From contig JAKAQL010000009.1 of NCBI GenBank assembly GCA_021822605.1, positions 39-64,038 of the forward strand: 64,000 bases of DNA, written 5' to 3'. Positions 1-9,822 of the stretch are shown piece after piece. The DNA is from Actinomycetes bacterium. Its GTDB lineage: Bacteria; Actinomycetota; Acidimicrobiia; Acidimicrobiales; Acidimicrobiaceae. Positions within the stretch are counted from its first letter, which is position 1. The number at the start of each line of letters is the position of its first letter. The translations under genes and the position numbers were made by a program. The notes beneath the pieces are model-generated. The model ran no database searches, was not told the origin of the DNA, and was given only the letters and a program-made list of their open reading frames with translations.

Positions 1-63
1 GAGATTCGAACTCCCAACCTTCTGATCCGTAGTCAGATGCTCTATCCGTTGAGCTACGAGCGC
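1..63 (-). tRNA. tRNA-Arg (anticodon ACG), 3' end cut by window edge
   Basis: Reverse complement of 1-63 reads GCGCTCGTAGCTCAACGGATAGAGCATCTGACTACGGATCAGAAGGTTGGGAGTTCGAATCTC. This gives an acceptor 5' strand, a D-arm, an anticodon stem TCTGA/TCAGA with loop CTACGGA (anticodon ACG), and the start of the T-arm. Confidence 0.85.
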
Positions 64-330
64 TAGCAGGAAACATACTAGTTTACAGGCCATCAGGGCG
101 GTCCGGTGTTTTACAGGCAACTGGAGAGAGTCGGTTATTTCAGTGCGAAAACCGTCCGCCAAAGCATACATTCGTGAACGGAGCTACGCCACAGGACAAA
201 TGGCGATGCCCTGACGAGGGTGCTACCCGTTGTGCAGCCCCATCCTTCGATACACGGTGATGGATGCATCTGGGAGACGACGACCTACCATGGATGTGTG
301 TCAGCAGAGATCTTCCTACCAGTCTTCGAA

Positions 331-657
331 ATGCAAACGACGACAGATGAAGCGTCAGTCAGCCTGAGCCTCCGCGATCAGCTTGTCGCGTCGCGCCTCA
401 CTCCATGCGTCAAGATTCAGGCGGGGTGTCAATCGACGTATTATTGGGGCGGCGGTTGGCAAAGTGCCGACGAATATGTGATCACCGCACTGACACTCGA
501 GGCTCACTTGGCCCAACTTGTGGCGATTATCAAGTCAGCACATAACTACGTCAACCCAGAGATCGTTGCCCGTAAGATTGTCGTGCTGTCGAAGGAGTAT
601 GCGAGCTGGTTAGACAGTGCCCTCGCCGAGTTGCAGGCGGTTAGCCATGAACCTTGA
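331..657 (+). CDS. cutA: divalent-cation tolerance protein CutA family
   Basis: The ORF 220-657 C-terminal part has 'STYYWGGGWQSADEYVITALT...HNYVNPEIV', which resembles the CutA1 signature (Y-W-x-G...HPYxxPE). An internal ATG at 331 gives about 108 aa, typical for CutA. Confidence 0.7.
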   Translation: MQTTTDEASVSLSLRDQLVASRLTPCVKIQAGCQSTYYWGGGWQSADEYVITALTLEAHLAQLVAIIKSAHNYVNPEIVARKIVVLSKEYASWLDSALAELQAVSHEP

Positions 658-1102
658 TGAGGAGAGGATGCGTATTTGCCTAGCGCTTGCCAAGGACGCT
701 GCCCAGCGCGACGAAGTCCCGGTGGGCGCGATCGTTGTCATTGACGGTGAGGTGGTCGCAGAGGCTCATAATGAGACGGTCGCTCAACACAGTTCGTTAG
801 CCCACGCAGAGTTGCTTGCCCTACAAAAGGCACTCTCAGAGGTAGGAGATCGCTACCTGCCTGCTGCCGAGGTATATGTAACGTTGGAGCCATGTGCTAT
901 GTGTGCTGGAGCCCTGGTGCTTGCTCGAGTTCGTCGACTCATTTTCGCAGCCCGCGATCCCAAGGCAGGCGCTTGCGGATCACTGTACAACCTTTGCGTT
1001 GATCCGCGGCTTAATCACGAGATTGAGGTAGTCTCTGACATCCTTGCTGAAGACGCAGGCACGGCGCTGCAAAGCTTCTTCCAACGGCTTAGGTCAAGCT
1101 AA
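647..1102 (+). CDS. tadA: tRNA-specific adenosine deaminase
   Basis: CDA-fold zinc motifs 'HAELLAL' and 'EPCAMCAGAL' are present. The ATG at 647 (MNLDEERM...) overlaps the cutA stop. The longer start at 617 is less likely. Confidence 0.9.
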   Translation: MNLDEERMRICLALAKDAAQRDEVPVGAIVVIDGEVVAEAHNETVAQHSSLAHAELLALQKALSEVGDRYLPAAEVYVTLEPCAMCAGALVLARVRRLIFAARDPKAGACGSLYNLCVDPRLNHEIEVVSDILAEDAGTALQSFFQRLRSS

Positions 1103-1126
1103 TTTCCCGTAAACTGGTGTCGGCTC

Positions 1127-1216
1127 GGAGGGATGCGAGAGTGGCCGAATCGGGCGGTCTCGAAAACCGCTGTACCCGCAAGGGTACCGTGGGTTCAAAT
1201 CCCACTCCCTCCGCCA
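1127..1216 (+). tRNA. tRNA-Ser (anticodon CGA), CCA encoded
   Basis: GGAGGGA...TCCCTCC acceptor pairing, anticodon stem GCGGT/ACCGC with loop CTCGAAA, a long variable arm (class II) and a T-loop GGTTCAAATCC. Confidence 0.9.
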
Positions 1217-1221
1217 CCCTT

Positions 1222-2163
1222 TCACTGAATAGAATGTTGGTGGGTCTGGGGTTGGCCTTGTTCGCTCCGTTTGGTGAGCCAACGACTGATCCCCATCGCA
1301 TTGGCGTGGACTCCGCTAAGGGTCAGGAGCCTATCGCGGGCCATTGGATCGAGATCTTTCAAATCGGGAACGAACGCCTCTTCAAGCGCTGCCTCAATCT
1401 CGCGTCCATCACGCATCGCTCCTTCCGCCACTCTGCACCAGTCGCGGAGAAGGTCCTTTCCTTCGTCGAGAATATCGACCGCATTGGCAAATCGGCCATA
1501 ATGCGCGAAGGCGAGGTGTGATGGAGAGCGGGACTTCATCGCATCCAGGCTTCGTGTTGCCAACTCGAGGTCAAAATCCGGAGGTGGAGTTGCGGGCCAT
1601 AGGATTCCCACCTCTGGCAACTTCACGCCAACTGCATCTCCACAGAACATGGTCCCTGTTGGTTCGTGCCACAGAGACAGGTGATGCTTTGCGTGACCTG
1701 GTGTCAAGAGTGCCTCAAGGTGCAAGCCCTTGGTCACCTGGATGGTATCGCCCTCCTCGACGGCGATGATACGATCAGCTGGAGTCGGGTCGAGACGCCC
1801 GTAGAGCGAATCTAGGAGGGGTCCGTAGACCTTCGACGCCGAATCAATCAAACGTGTTGGATCAGCTAGGTGTCGGGCTCCGTTTGGGTGGACGTAGACC
1901 TTCGCGTTTGGGAAAGCTCGGGCGATATCGCCAACGCCTCCTGCATGGTCCAGGTGAATGTGGGTGAGGACGACAGCAGCAAGATCCGAGGGGCTGATAC
2001 CCAGGTTTTCAAGCTCCTTGATAAGCAAAGGGGCACTACTCTGCGAACCTGTCTCTATCAAGACAGGGCTCTCCCCAGTCACAAGGTAGCCAGCGGTGAT
2101 ATGTTCCCAGCCGCCGAGCTGGGTATCGATCTCAACGATGTTCTCCGCGATAAGTTCAGCCAT
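1222..2163 (-). CDS. MBL-fold metallo-hydrolase
   Basis: Metallo-beta-lactamase motif 'THIHLDHAGG'. The start is chosen at the internal ATG 2163 (MAELIAENIVEID...). The ORF-track start 2211 adds an implausible leader. Confidence 0.8.
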   Translation of the reverse strand: MAELIAENIVEIDTQLGGWEHITAGYLVTGESPVLIETGSQSSAPLLIKELENLGISPSDLAAVVLTHIHLDHAGGVGDIARAFPNAKVYVHPNGARHLADPTRLIDSASKVYGPLLDSLYGRLDPTPADRIIAVEEGDTIQVTKGLHLEALLTPGHAKHHLSLWHEPTGTMFCGDAVGVKLPEVGILWPATPPPDFDLELATRSLDAMKSRSPSHLAFAHYGRFANAVDILDEGKDLLRDWCRVAEGAMRDGREIEAALEEAFVPDLKDLDPMARDRLLTLSGVHANAMGISRWLTKRSEQGQPQTHQHSIQ

Positions 2164-2198
2164 ACTAGAGCAGCCTAGCTCTCTCCAGAAAAGCCTGT

Positions 2199-3404
2199 TT
2201 AAGGCACGCATCCCTCAGTAGAGACACCATGTTGTGGTTCGGTGAGTGCCTCGTGCACTTCTTTGGCTACCGCAGGAGCAGCGAGCGCAAAACCTACATA
2301 ATTATTGGTGGTCGATCGAGAAAATACCACACCCAGCACCTGGCCTGCAGAATTGACTAGTGGTCCGCCAGAGTTACCAGGTCGAACGATCGCGTCAATC
2401 TCGTAGACCAGGCGTGTCGTCAGGCCCTTGTTATAGATGTCTCGTCCGGTCGCATCAAAGCCTGCCATTATCCCTGCGGATCCATAGGTCAGCGGGCCTC
2501 CTTCGGGATAACCCAAGACGACAGCTTGGGTGCCTCGGGGCTGCACTTGGGTATCGAAATGTAAAACCGGAGCCTGTAGTCCGGGGACTCTCAGCACTGC
2601 TAAATCGAGGTGTGGGTTATACCAGATGACCGTAGCCGCGAGTTGTGAACCATTTTGGATTACATAGGTACTGGGTTCACCCGCAACGACGTGCGCGTTG
2701 GTCGCCACATATCCGGGCGCGACGACAAAGGCTGAACCCTCCTGGATCTCCGAACAGGCAAGACCCTCGACCTTGAGGACTGACGACGAAACCCTCGTCT
2801 CGATCGCCTTTACTTCGGTGGATGTTGGTAGTGGGACAGGTCCTGCCAACGCGGGTGGAATCGAAGCAAAAACGGGAGGAAAGCCAGCCGTGGAGAAAAG
2901 TGAGTCAACTTGGGCAAACACGCTTGGAGCCGGAGGGAGGATGTCGTCGAGAGACTGAACGATTCTTGACCCTGAGACCTCTGAGGAGAGTGCCTCGAAG
3001 GGTGCGTTGAGAGCAAGCGCAGCGACGATCCATACGATCAGCAAGGTCGCCACAATGGATACGACGACTCCTACACCTGCATCGATCTTTCCGAGATGAA
3101 AATGGTCGAGCTTTCTGCTAACCCTGCTGCCCAGACTCCGGCCCAGCGCCGAAGTGATGGACGCTAGTCCAAAGAGAATCACCAACGAGATAAACGTGCG
3201 AACAATACCCGCCGGAAGTGGCGCGGCTGCGTACGGCGCGATCACCGCACCGGCGAGAAGCCCAACCCAAAACCCTATGTAAGAGCCGAGCTGAATTGTA
3301 GCGCCTACCTTGAGTCCTCGAGCGGCCGAGAATGCTACCAACGCGAGGATAACCAGATCCACGAGGTTGAAGCCGAAAATGGCACCTAAGAGCGGGGTCG
3401 ACAC
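2199..3404 (-). CDS. MarP-like membrane serine protease (CvpA-type TM domain + trypsin-like S1 domain)
   Basis: The N-terminus has four hydrophobic segments. The C-terminus has 'TNAHVV', 'DLAVL' and 'GNSGGPLV', a chymotrypsin-fold catalytic triad context. Confidence 0.85.
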   Translation of the reverse strand: MSTPLLGAIFGFNLVDLVILALVAFSAARGLKVGATIQLGSYIGFWVGLLAGAVIAPYAAAPLPAGIVRTFISLVILFGLASITSALGRSLGSRVSRKLDHFHLGKIDAGVGVVVSIVATLLIVWIVAALALNAPFEALSSEVSGSRIVQSLDDILPPAPSVFAQVDSLFSTAGFPPVFASIPPALAGPVPLPTSTEVKAIETRVSSSVLKVEGLACSEIQEGSAFVVAPGYVATNAHVVAGEPSTYVIQNGSQLAATVIWYNPHLDLAVLRVPGLQAPVLHFDTQVQPRGTQAVVLGYPEGGPLTYGSAGIMAGFDATGRDIYNKGLTTRLVYEIDAIVRPGNSGGPLVNSAGQVLGVVFSRSTTNNYVGFALAAPAVAKEVHEALTEPQHGVSTEGCVP

Positions 3405-3653
3405 TTACCGCTTTACCTCGAAACACAACTGCACAACGTATCAGTGTAGGTACTCAACACTCCAAAACAACTGAAGGCATCTTCCTCTCTGGTCTTTGGT
3501 GCTGATAACGATCTGGAATAGCTCTTTGTGCGAGTGTGGGCAAGCGGCGTGGAATCGACACGCTCTAGGAGCTGAAAGATGATTCCACGTGGACTGCAAT
3601 CTTGGGGAAGGCCCAGTAGACGTGGTGCTCTATGATGAAGTGACTACGGGTCA

Positions 3654-6600
3654 ATGGGGTCCCTTCTGCCGTACAACACAAGAGAGGACCACCAGGTGCT
3701 ACCAACCCCAATGCCACCGCTTTACCCCCAAGGTCTAGAGCACGATGCCTGCGGGATTGCGTTTCTTGCCGATCTCCATGGAAAGGGCTCACACAAGCTC
3801 ATCCAGATGGGACTTGACGCGCTAGTGAATCTCGAACACCGTGGCGCCAAAGGTTCCGATCCCGACACTGGCGATGGCGCAGGGATCCTCATCCAGAACC
3901 CTGATGCGTTTTGGAGGAAAGATCGCGAGCTACCGCCGTTGGGTTCCTACGTCACTGGTCTCCTATTCCTTGATGGAGGTCGGGCAAAACTTCTAACACG
4001 ACTGAACCAACTCCTCGTGCAGTTTGGCTGGCAGATGATCGCTTGTCGTGAAGTCCCCCGCAACAGCCAGATCCTGGGAGTAGGCTCACAGTCCTGCGAA
4101 CCTGACATGGTGCAGGTGTTCTTGGTGGACAATCAAGGTGCAACCGGCGAACAACTTGAACGTAAGGCTTGGCTCTTACGCCGTAAGGCTGAGCAATTGA
4201 TACCAGAACTGTACTTTCCTTCGCTGTCAAGCCGCACCTTCATCTATAAAGGAATGCTTTCAGCCCCACAGGTGCAGGAGTATTTTCTTGATCTGCAGAA
4301 TGACCAACTCTCTTCAGCCATTGTGTTGGTTCACTCTCGTTTCTCGACCAACACCTTTCCATCATGGAGGCTTGCACAACCCTTCCGCATGATCGCACAC
4401 AACGGTGAGATTAACACCATCGATGGTAACCGAAACTGGATGCGGGCCCGTGAATCACAGCTTGCCTCCGCACTGGTTGAAGGGGATATTGCTGATGCCT
4501 TCCCTCTTGTCGATGGGTCTGAGTCTGATTCAGCGTCATTGGATGGTGTCTTCGAGATGCTTGCCCTCCATGGTCGTTCGCTTCCGCACGCCATCATGAT
4601 GATGATCCCCGAGGCCTGGGAGGCTAATGTCTCGATGGATCCCAAGCTTCGTGAGTTCTACCGGTTCCACGCTTCATTGATGGAACCTTGGGACGGGCCT
4701 GCGGCGGTAGTCTTCACAGACGGAAAAATGGTTGGTGGAGTACTCGATCGTAATGGACTCCGCCCTGCGCGCTACTGGGTCACCGATGAAGGGATCGTCG
4801 TTCTCGCCTCAGAGGTTGGGGTGATTGATATTCCGTCTTCGTCGGTGGTCACGCGTGGAAGGTTGGAGCCAGGAAGGATATTCCTCGTCGATACCAGCAA
4901 AGGGACCATACTCGACGATGCCGAGGTCAAAGACTCGCTTGCGGTCATGAGACCATGGGGTGACTGGTTGCGTGAGCATCAAGTCTCTTTAAGCTCATTG
5001 CCTCCACGGTACATGTTGGTTCCACAGCACGGATCGGTCGTGCAACGACAGCAACTGTTTGGTTACACCGAGGAGGAGCTCCGTCTCATCGTCTCACCAA
5101 TGGCTACGCAGGGCCAGGAGCCTATCGGATCCATGGGGTCGGATACTCCCCTGGCTGCGCGCTCGCGGCTGCCACGACCGTTCTTTGACTATTTCTATCA
5201 ACGTTTTGCTCAGGTAACCAATCCTCCACTCGATGCGATTCGGGAGGAACTGGTGACCTCGTACGAAGGGGCGATTGGGCCTGAAAAGAATCTTCTTGAT
5301 CCTGGGCCAGAGTCCGTGCGCCAGATACATCTTCCTCATCCCGTCATCGACAACGATGAACTCGCCAAGCTCATTTACATCAACGACGATGGTGAGTACC
5401 CTGATCTCAATGCAAAGGTCATCGATATTCTCTATCCAGTCGGTGAGGGTGCAAAGGGACTTCAAAAGGCATTGACCGATATCCGAGTGGCTGCGGAGGG
5501 AGCTATTCGAGATGGGTTTGCGGTGGTGATTCTCTCTGATCGCCACGCTGATTGGGAACATGCTCCGATCCCATCGCTCCTGGCAGTGTCGGCGATTCAT
5601 CACCATCTTGTTCGCACCAGACTGCGTACCCAGGCTGGGTTAGTGATCGAATGTGGCGACGCCCGCGAAGTTCATCACTTTGCGGCCCTCATCAGTTTTG
5701 GTGCCGCGGCGGTCAATCCCTATCTCGCGTTCGACTCCATCGTCGACCTCATTCGTGAAGGCGTTTTGCCTGACATTGCCCCACGTGTCGCGGTTCGCAA
5801 CTATGTGAGGGCCGCCACCAAGGGGATTATCAAGATTATGTCGAAGATGGGAATCTCGACTATTGGCTCGTATACCGGGGCACAAATCTTTGAGATCTAT
5901 GGGTTGAGTCGAGAGGTCGTTGACGAGTATTTCCCCGGAGCACGATCACCTATGGGAGGAGCGGACCTTGCGGAGATCGCAGATGTGGTTGCGTCCCATC
6001 ACCATCGTGCTTATACCCAACACCCTGAGGAGTTCGCCCATCAAAGCCTCGAAACTGGTGGCCACTACCAGTGGCGCCGTGATGGCGAATACCACCTCTT
6101 CAACCCTGAGACAGTTTTCTTGCTGCAGCATTCGACTCGCAAACGCCGACTGGACGTTTTCCGTCGTTACACTTCACTGGTCGATGATCTTGGTCGACGC
6201 GCCAATACTCTTCGAGGGCTCCTTGGGTTTCGGTCAGACGGGATCCAACCCATCCCAGTTGACGAGGTCGAGTCGATTGAGTCGATCATCAGTCGATTCT
6301 CCACTGGAGCGATGTCCTATGGGTCGATTTCACAGGAGGCCCATGAGACCCTCGCGATCGCTATGAACCATCTTGGAGGTCGCTCCAACACCGGTGAGGG
6401 TGGTGAGGATCCGGAGCGGTCAAAGCCAGCTCAGGACGGCACTGATCGACGCTCCAAGATTCGTCAGATCGCCTCTGGTCGTTTCGGAGTCTCTATCGAG
6501 TACTTGAGCGCGGCGGATGATATTCAGATCAAGATGGCCCAGGGTGCTAAACCTGGCGAAGGCGGGCAACTGCCTGGTGAGAAGGTCTACCCTTGGATCG

Positions 6601-8195
6601 CAAAGACGAGGAATTCGACCCCCGGGGTTGGGCTGATATCCCCACCTCCCCACCATGATATCTATTCGATCGAGGATCTTGCACAACTCATCTACGATCT
6701 CAAGTCCGCCAACCCCAGGGCTCGCGTGCATGTCAAACTTGTCTCAGAAGTTGGCGTCGGAACGGTCGCTGCTGGCGTGGTCAAGGCCCACGCTGACGTC
6801 GTTCTGATCTCCGGAGGAGACGGCGGCACTGGTGCCGCACCACTGAACTCCTTGAAGCATGCCGGGGGACCCTGGGAGTTGGGATTAGCCGAGACAGTGC
6901 AGACACTGGTCCTGAATGGGCTCCGGGATCGCGTGGTGGTGCAGGTTGATGGGCAACTCAAGACTGGCCGCGATGTCATCGTCGCCGCACTCCTCGGCGC
7001 TGAGGAGTATGGGTTTGCAACGGCTCCTTTGGTGGTGTCTGGTTGCATCATGATGCGAGCCTGTCATCTTGACACCTGCCCTGTGGGCATCGCGACACAG
7101 AACCCCGAGCTGCGCAGCAAGTTTACAGGAAAGCCTGAGTTTGTTGAGACATTTTTTGAGTACATTGCCCAGGAGGTGCGTGAATATCTTGCCCAACTCG
7201 GACTGCACTCACTCGACGAGGCGATTGGGCGTGCCGACCTCTTGCAGCCGCTTGACTCCTCGGCAGCTAAGTCCTTGGGACTTGAACGTCTTACCTACCG
7301 TTCTGAGGGAACGCCACGCCGATTTCGTCCTGGATCACAGGAGAACATCCTCCAGAACGGTATGAACGCGCAGATTGTTCGGGATGTTGAACCTCTGCTC
7401 GACAGACCAGGGCCAATTCAACTGCATTACGAGATTCACAACACCGATCGTGCCGTTGGTGCGACCCTGGGTGATCTCATCACTCGACGTTATGGTTCCA
7501 ACTTTCTGCCGCGTGATACCGTCTCAATGGTCTTTGATGGCTCAGCCGGGCAGAGCTTTGGGGCCTTCGTCCCCTCTGGCGTGACGATGGAGCTTCGCGG
7601 TGACGCGAATGACTATGTGGGCAAGGGCCTTTCCGGCGGACGGATCATCGTCGCCCCCCCGATGTCCGTTGGGGTGGTTGCGGAGAAAGCGGTGGTTATC
7701 GGCAATGTTGCACTGTATGGTGCGACGAAAGGTGAACTCTTTGTACATGGACGAGCAGGAGAGCGTTTTGCTGTCCGTAACTCAGGTGCAAGTGCTGTTG
7801 TCGAGGGCGTCGGGGACCATGGGTGCGAATACATGACCGGTGGTGTCGTCGTGATTCTCGGCAGCATTGGACGCAATTTTGCCGCTGGAATGTCTGGTGG
7901 TTTGGCCTTTCTCTGGGACCCTTCCGCGAGAGCTGCATCTCGGGTGAATCAGGAGATGGTTGACCTCGATCCGATTGATGAGGAGCAGGAGTTGTTGTTG
8001 AAGGATTTGCTCGAGCAACACGCTCGCTCTACAGGCTCTGCGAAGGCAGCCTCCATTCTGGCAACGCAGAGTAAATGGCTGCGCAATTTTGTGTGTATCT
8101 ATCCAAAGGACCTCAAGCGAGTCGTCCTTCAGGACCGAGCACACCGTCGTCAAGGTGCCCGTTATTCGGTCACAACGCTGGATCGGAGATACTGA
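3654..8195 (+). CDS. gltB: glutamate synthase large subunit
   Basis: 1513 aa. Ntn amidotransferase 'CGIAFLADL', an FMN/Fe-S central domain, and a C-terminal GXGXG-type domain ('GNVALYGATKGELFVHGRAGERFAVRNSGA'). An alternative start at 3711 (MPPLYP) is possible. Confidence 0.97.
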   Translation: MGSLLPYNTREDHQVLPTPMPPLYPQGLEHDACGIAFLADLHGKGSHKLIQMGLDALVNLEHRGAKGSDPDTGDGAGILIQNPDAFWRKDRELPPLGSYVTGLLFLDGGRAKLLTRLNQLLVQFGWQMIACREVPRNSQILGVGSQSCEPDMVQVFLVDNQGATGEQLERKAWLLRRKAEQLIPELYFPSLSSRTFIYKGMLSAPQVQEYFLDLQNDQLSSAIVLVHSRFSTNTFPSWRLAQPFRMIAHNGEINTIDGNRNWMRARESQLASALVEGDIADAFPLVDGSESDSASLDGVFEMLALHGRSLPHAIMMMIPEAWEANVSMDPKLREFYRFHASLMEPWDGPAAVVFTDGKMVGGVLDRNGLRPARYWVTDEGIVVLASEVGVIDIPSSSVVTRGRLEPGRIFLVDTSKGTILDDAEVKDSLAVMRPWGDWLREHQVSLSSLPPRYMLVPQHGSVVQRQQLFGYTEEELRLIVSPMATQGQEPIGSMGSDTPLAARSRLPRPFFDYFYQRFAQVTNPPLDAIREELVTSYEGAIGPEKNLLDPGPESVRQIHLPHPVIDNDELAKLIYINDDGEYPDLNAKVIDILYPVGEGAKGLQKALTDIRVAAEGAIRDGFAVVILSDRHADWEHAPIPSLLAVSAIHHHLVRTRLRTQAGLVIECGDAREVHHFAALISFGAAAVNPYLAFDSIVDLIREGVLPDIAPRVAVRNYVRAATKGIIKIMSKMGISTIGSYTGAQIFEIYGLSREVVDEYFPGARSPMGGADLAEIADVVASHHHRAYTQHPEEFAHQSLETGGHYQWRRDGEYHLFNPETVFLLQHSTRKRRLDVFRRYTSLVDDLGRRANTLRGLLGFRSDGIQPIPVDEVESIESIISRFSTGAMSYGSISQEAHETLAIAMNHLGGRSNTGEGGEDPERSKPAQDGTDRRSKIRQIASGRFGVSIEYLSAADDIQIKMAQGAKPGEGGQLPGEKVYPWIAKTRNSTPGVGLISPPPHHDIYSIEDLAQLIYDLKSANPRARVHVKLVSEVGVGTVAAGVVKAHADVVLISGGDGGTGAAPLNSLKHAGGPWELGLAETVQTLVLNGLRDRVVVQVDGQLKTGRDVIVAALLGAEEYGFATAPLVVSGCIMMRACHLDTCPVGIATQNPELRSKFTGKPEFVETFFEYIAQEVREYLAQLGLHSLDEAIGRADLLQPLDSSAAKSLGLERLTYRSEGTPRRFRPGSQENILQNGMNAQIVRDVEPLLDRPGPIQLHYEIHNTDRAVGATLGDLITRRYGSNFLPRDTVSMVFDGSAGQSFGAFVPSGVTMELRGDANDYVGKGLSGGRIIVAPPMSVGVVAEKAVVIGNVALYGATKGELFVHGRAGERFAVRNSGASAVVEGVGDHGCEYMTGGVVVILGSIGRNFAAGMSGGLAFLWDPSARAASRVNQEMVDLDPIDEEQELLLKDLLEQHARSTGSAKAASILATQSKWLRNFVCIYPKDLKRVVLQDRAHRRQGARYSVTTLDRRY

Positions 8196-9658
8196 TGGCA
8201 GCTGATCCAAGAGGTTTTCTCAAGTTCAACCGTCGGAATCCAGAACGTCGACCGGTAGCACTCCGCCTGAGAGATTGGAACGAAGTCTACGCAGAAGAGG
8301 ATGTAGCTGCGCAGATTGTGCAGGCACAACGGTGCATGGACTGCGGCATTCCCTTCTGTCATCGAGGCTGTCCTTTAGGGAACTTGATCCCTGAATGGAA
8401 TGAACTCGTTGGTAAGGATCGATGGGCGAGCGCTGCTGAGCGGTTGCATGCGACGAATAATTTCCCGGAGTTCACGGGACGTCTCTGTCCAGCTCCCTGC
8501 GAGACAGCATGCGTTCTAGCCCTGAATCGAGATGCGGTCACCATTGAATACATCGAAAAATCGATCAGTGAGATGGCCTTTGCTCACGGTTGGGTGGAAC
8601 CGATTCAGGTGACAAACCCCACCGGCTACAGGGTGGCGATCGTCGGATCAGGACCCGCTGGCCTGGCCGCAGCTCAACAACTCGCTCGTGCAGGTCATGC
8701 GGTGACCGTTTTTGAGCGAGCTGACCGGATCGGTGGACTACTGCGTTTTGGGATACCTGAATTTAAGATGGAGAAGGCAATCCTGGATCGCCGATTGACA
8801 CAGTTGACGGCCGAAGGCATTGAATTCCTGCCAAACGTTACGATCGGTCGTGATCTGCCATTGACACAACTTCGATCTGATTTTGATGCAGTCGTTCTCA
8901 CGCTGGGTGCTACTCGCCCACGGCTGATTCATGTTCCTGGGAGTGAAGGGACTGGAATTCTCCCTGCCATGGATTACTTACCTCATGCGAATCGTGCGGT
9001 ATATGATCGTTCCTATGAACCTCCAGTAGTGGCGACTAACAAGCGAGTTGTGATCCTCGGTGGAGGTGACACTGGTGCAGATTGCTTGGGCACGGCTCTG
9101 CGACAAGGCGCTAGGGATGTCATACAGCTTGAGATCATGCCCAGACCTTCAGATAGTCGTCCAGAGACCGCACCTTGGCCCATGTACCCACCGCTCTTTC
9201 GGATCTCTTCGGCTCACGAAGAGGGAGGAGACCGGCTGTTCGCTCAAGAGACGGTTCGATTCGAACTCGATGCATCGGGTCAGGTCATTTCCCTCATCAC
9301 CGCTGAGGTGGCGTTAGGTGGCGATGGTAAGCTTCAGAGAGTAGCTGATTCTGAGCATCGCATAGAGGCAGACCTAGTACTGTTGGCGATGGGTTTTCTT
9401 GGACCAGATCTATCGATGTTTGAGTCGGAGCAGCTGCCGGCTCTTTCGGAGCGAGAAACACTCGAGGTCGATAACTGTTTCGCCACCTCCCTTGAGGGCG
9501 TCTTTGCTGCTGGTGACGCTCGTCGGGGACAATCACTGATTGTATGGGCCATTGCCGAGGGCCGGTCAGTGGCACACCATGTCGACGCCTACCTGACGGG
9601 TAATAGTGACCTCGGTTGCCCCATCGCACCCGATGCAGCTGCACTGACTATCATGTAG
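8195..9658 (+). CDS. gltD: glutamate synthase small subunit (NADPH)
   Basis: 'CMDCGIPFCH', 'CPLGNLIPEWN' and 'CPAPCETAC' Fe-S motifs, and 'VAIVGSGPAGLAAA' dinucleotide fold. The ATG at 8195 overlaps the gltB TGA (TGATG). The track start 8075 lies inside gltB. Confidence 0.95.
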   Translation: MAADPRGFLKFNRRNPERRPVALRLRDWNEVYAEEDVAAQIVQAQRCMDCGIPFCHRGCPLGNLIPEWNELVGKDRWASAAERLHATNNFPEFTGRLCPAPCETACVLALNRDAVTIEYIEKSISEMAFAHGWVEPIQVTNPTGYRVAIVGSGPAGLAAAQQLARAGHAVTVFERADRIGGLLRFGIPEFKMEKAILDRRLTQLTAEGIEFLPNVTIGRDLPLTQLRSDFDAVVLTLGATRPRLIHVPGSEGTGILPAMDYLPHANRAVYDRSYEPPVVATNKRVVILGGGDTGADCLGTALRQGARDVIQLEIMPRPSDSRPETAPWPMYPPLFRISSAHEEGGDRLFAQETVRFELDASGQVISLITAEVALGGDGKLQRVADSEHRIEADLVLLAMGFLGPDLSMFESEQLPALSERETLEVDNCFATSLEGVFAAGDARRGQSLIVWAIAEGRSVAHHVDAYLTGNSDLGCPIAPDAAALTIM

Positions 9659-9663
9659 GGGAT

Positions 9664-9739
9664 GCGCTCGTAGCTCAACGGATAGAGCACCTGACTTCGG
9701 ATCAGGCGGTTGGGAGTTCGAATCTCTCCGAGCGCGCCA
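9664..9739 (+). tRNA. tRNA-Arg (anticodon UCG), CCA encoded
   Basis: Acceptor GCGCTCG/CGAGCGC, anticodon stem CCTGA/TCAGG with loop CTTCGGA, T-arm GGGAG-TTCGAAT-CTCTC, discriminator G, then CCA. Confidence 0.92.
9708..9739 (+). repeat. attL core: 32-bp direct repeat (3' end of tRNA-Arg)
   Basis: GGTTGGGAGTTCGAATCTCTCCGAGCGCGCCA is identical to 16557-16588. Confidence 0.85.
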
Positions 9740-9822
9740 CAAATAGCCAGTTCAAAGCTGGTTTTCACTGGGAAACCAAAAAGCCGATTTGCACTTGTGT
9801 CACGATAATGTCACAATTGCTC

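Noticed and set aside
3405-3653. Possible GlnR-type operator upstream of gltB (GAAAC-like half-sites near 3420-3470).
   Set aside because: I could not assemble a proper gTnAc-n6-GaAAc pair by eye. The matches are at the level expected by chance.
3947-8210. Many 60-170-aa ORFs on the minus strand and in alternative frames inside gltB (for example 5094-5606, 7782-8210).
   Set aside because: They lie entirely within a 1513-aa gene that has unmistakable glutamate synthase motifs. Their composition is R/S/P-rich, and they are typical shadow ORFs of GC-rich coding DNA.
9616-9822. The ORF-track start of the integrase ORF at 9616.
   Set aside because: It would read through the gltD 3' end and the whole tRNA-Arg gene. 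Integrase-like sequence only begins at MAKGSV (9823).
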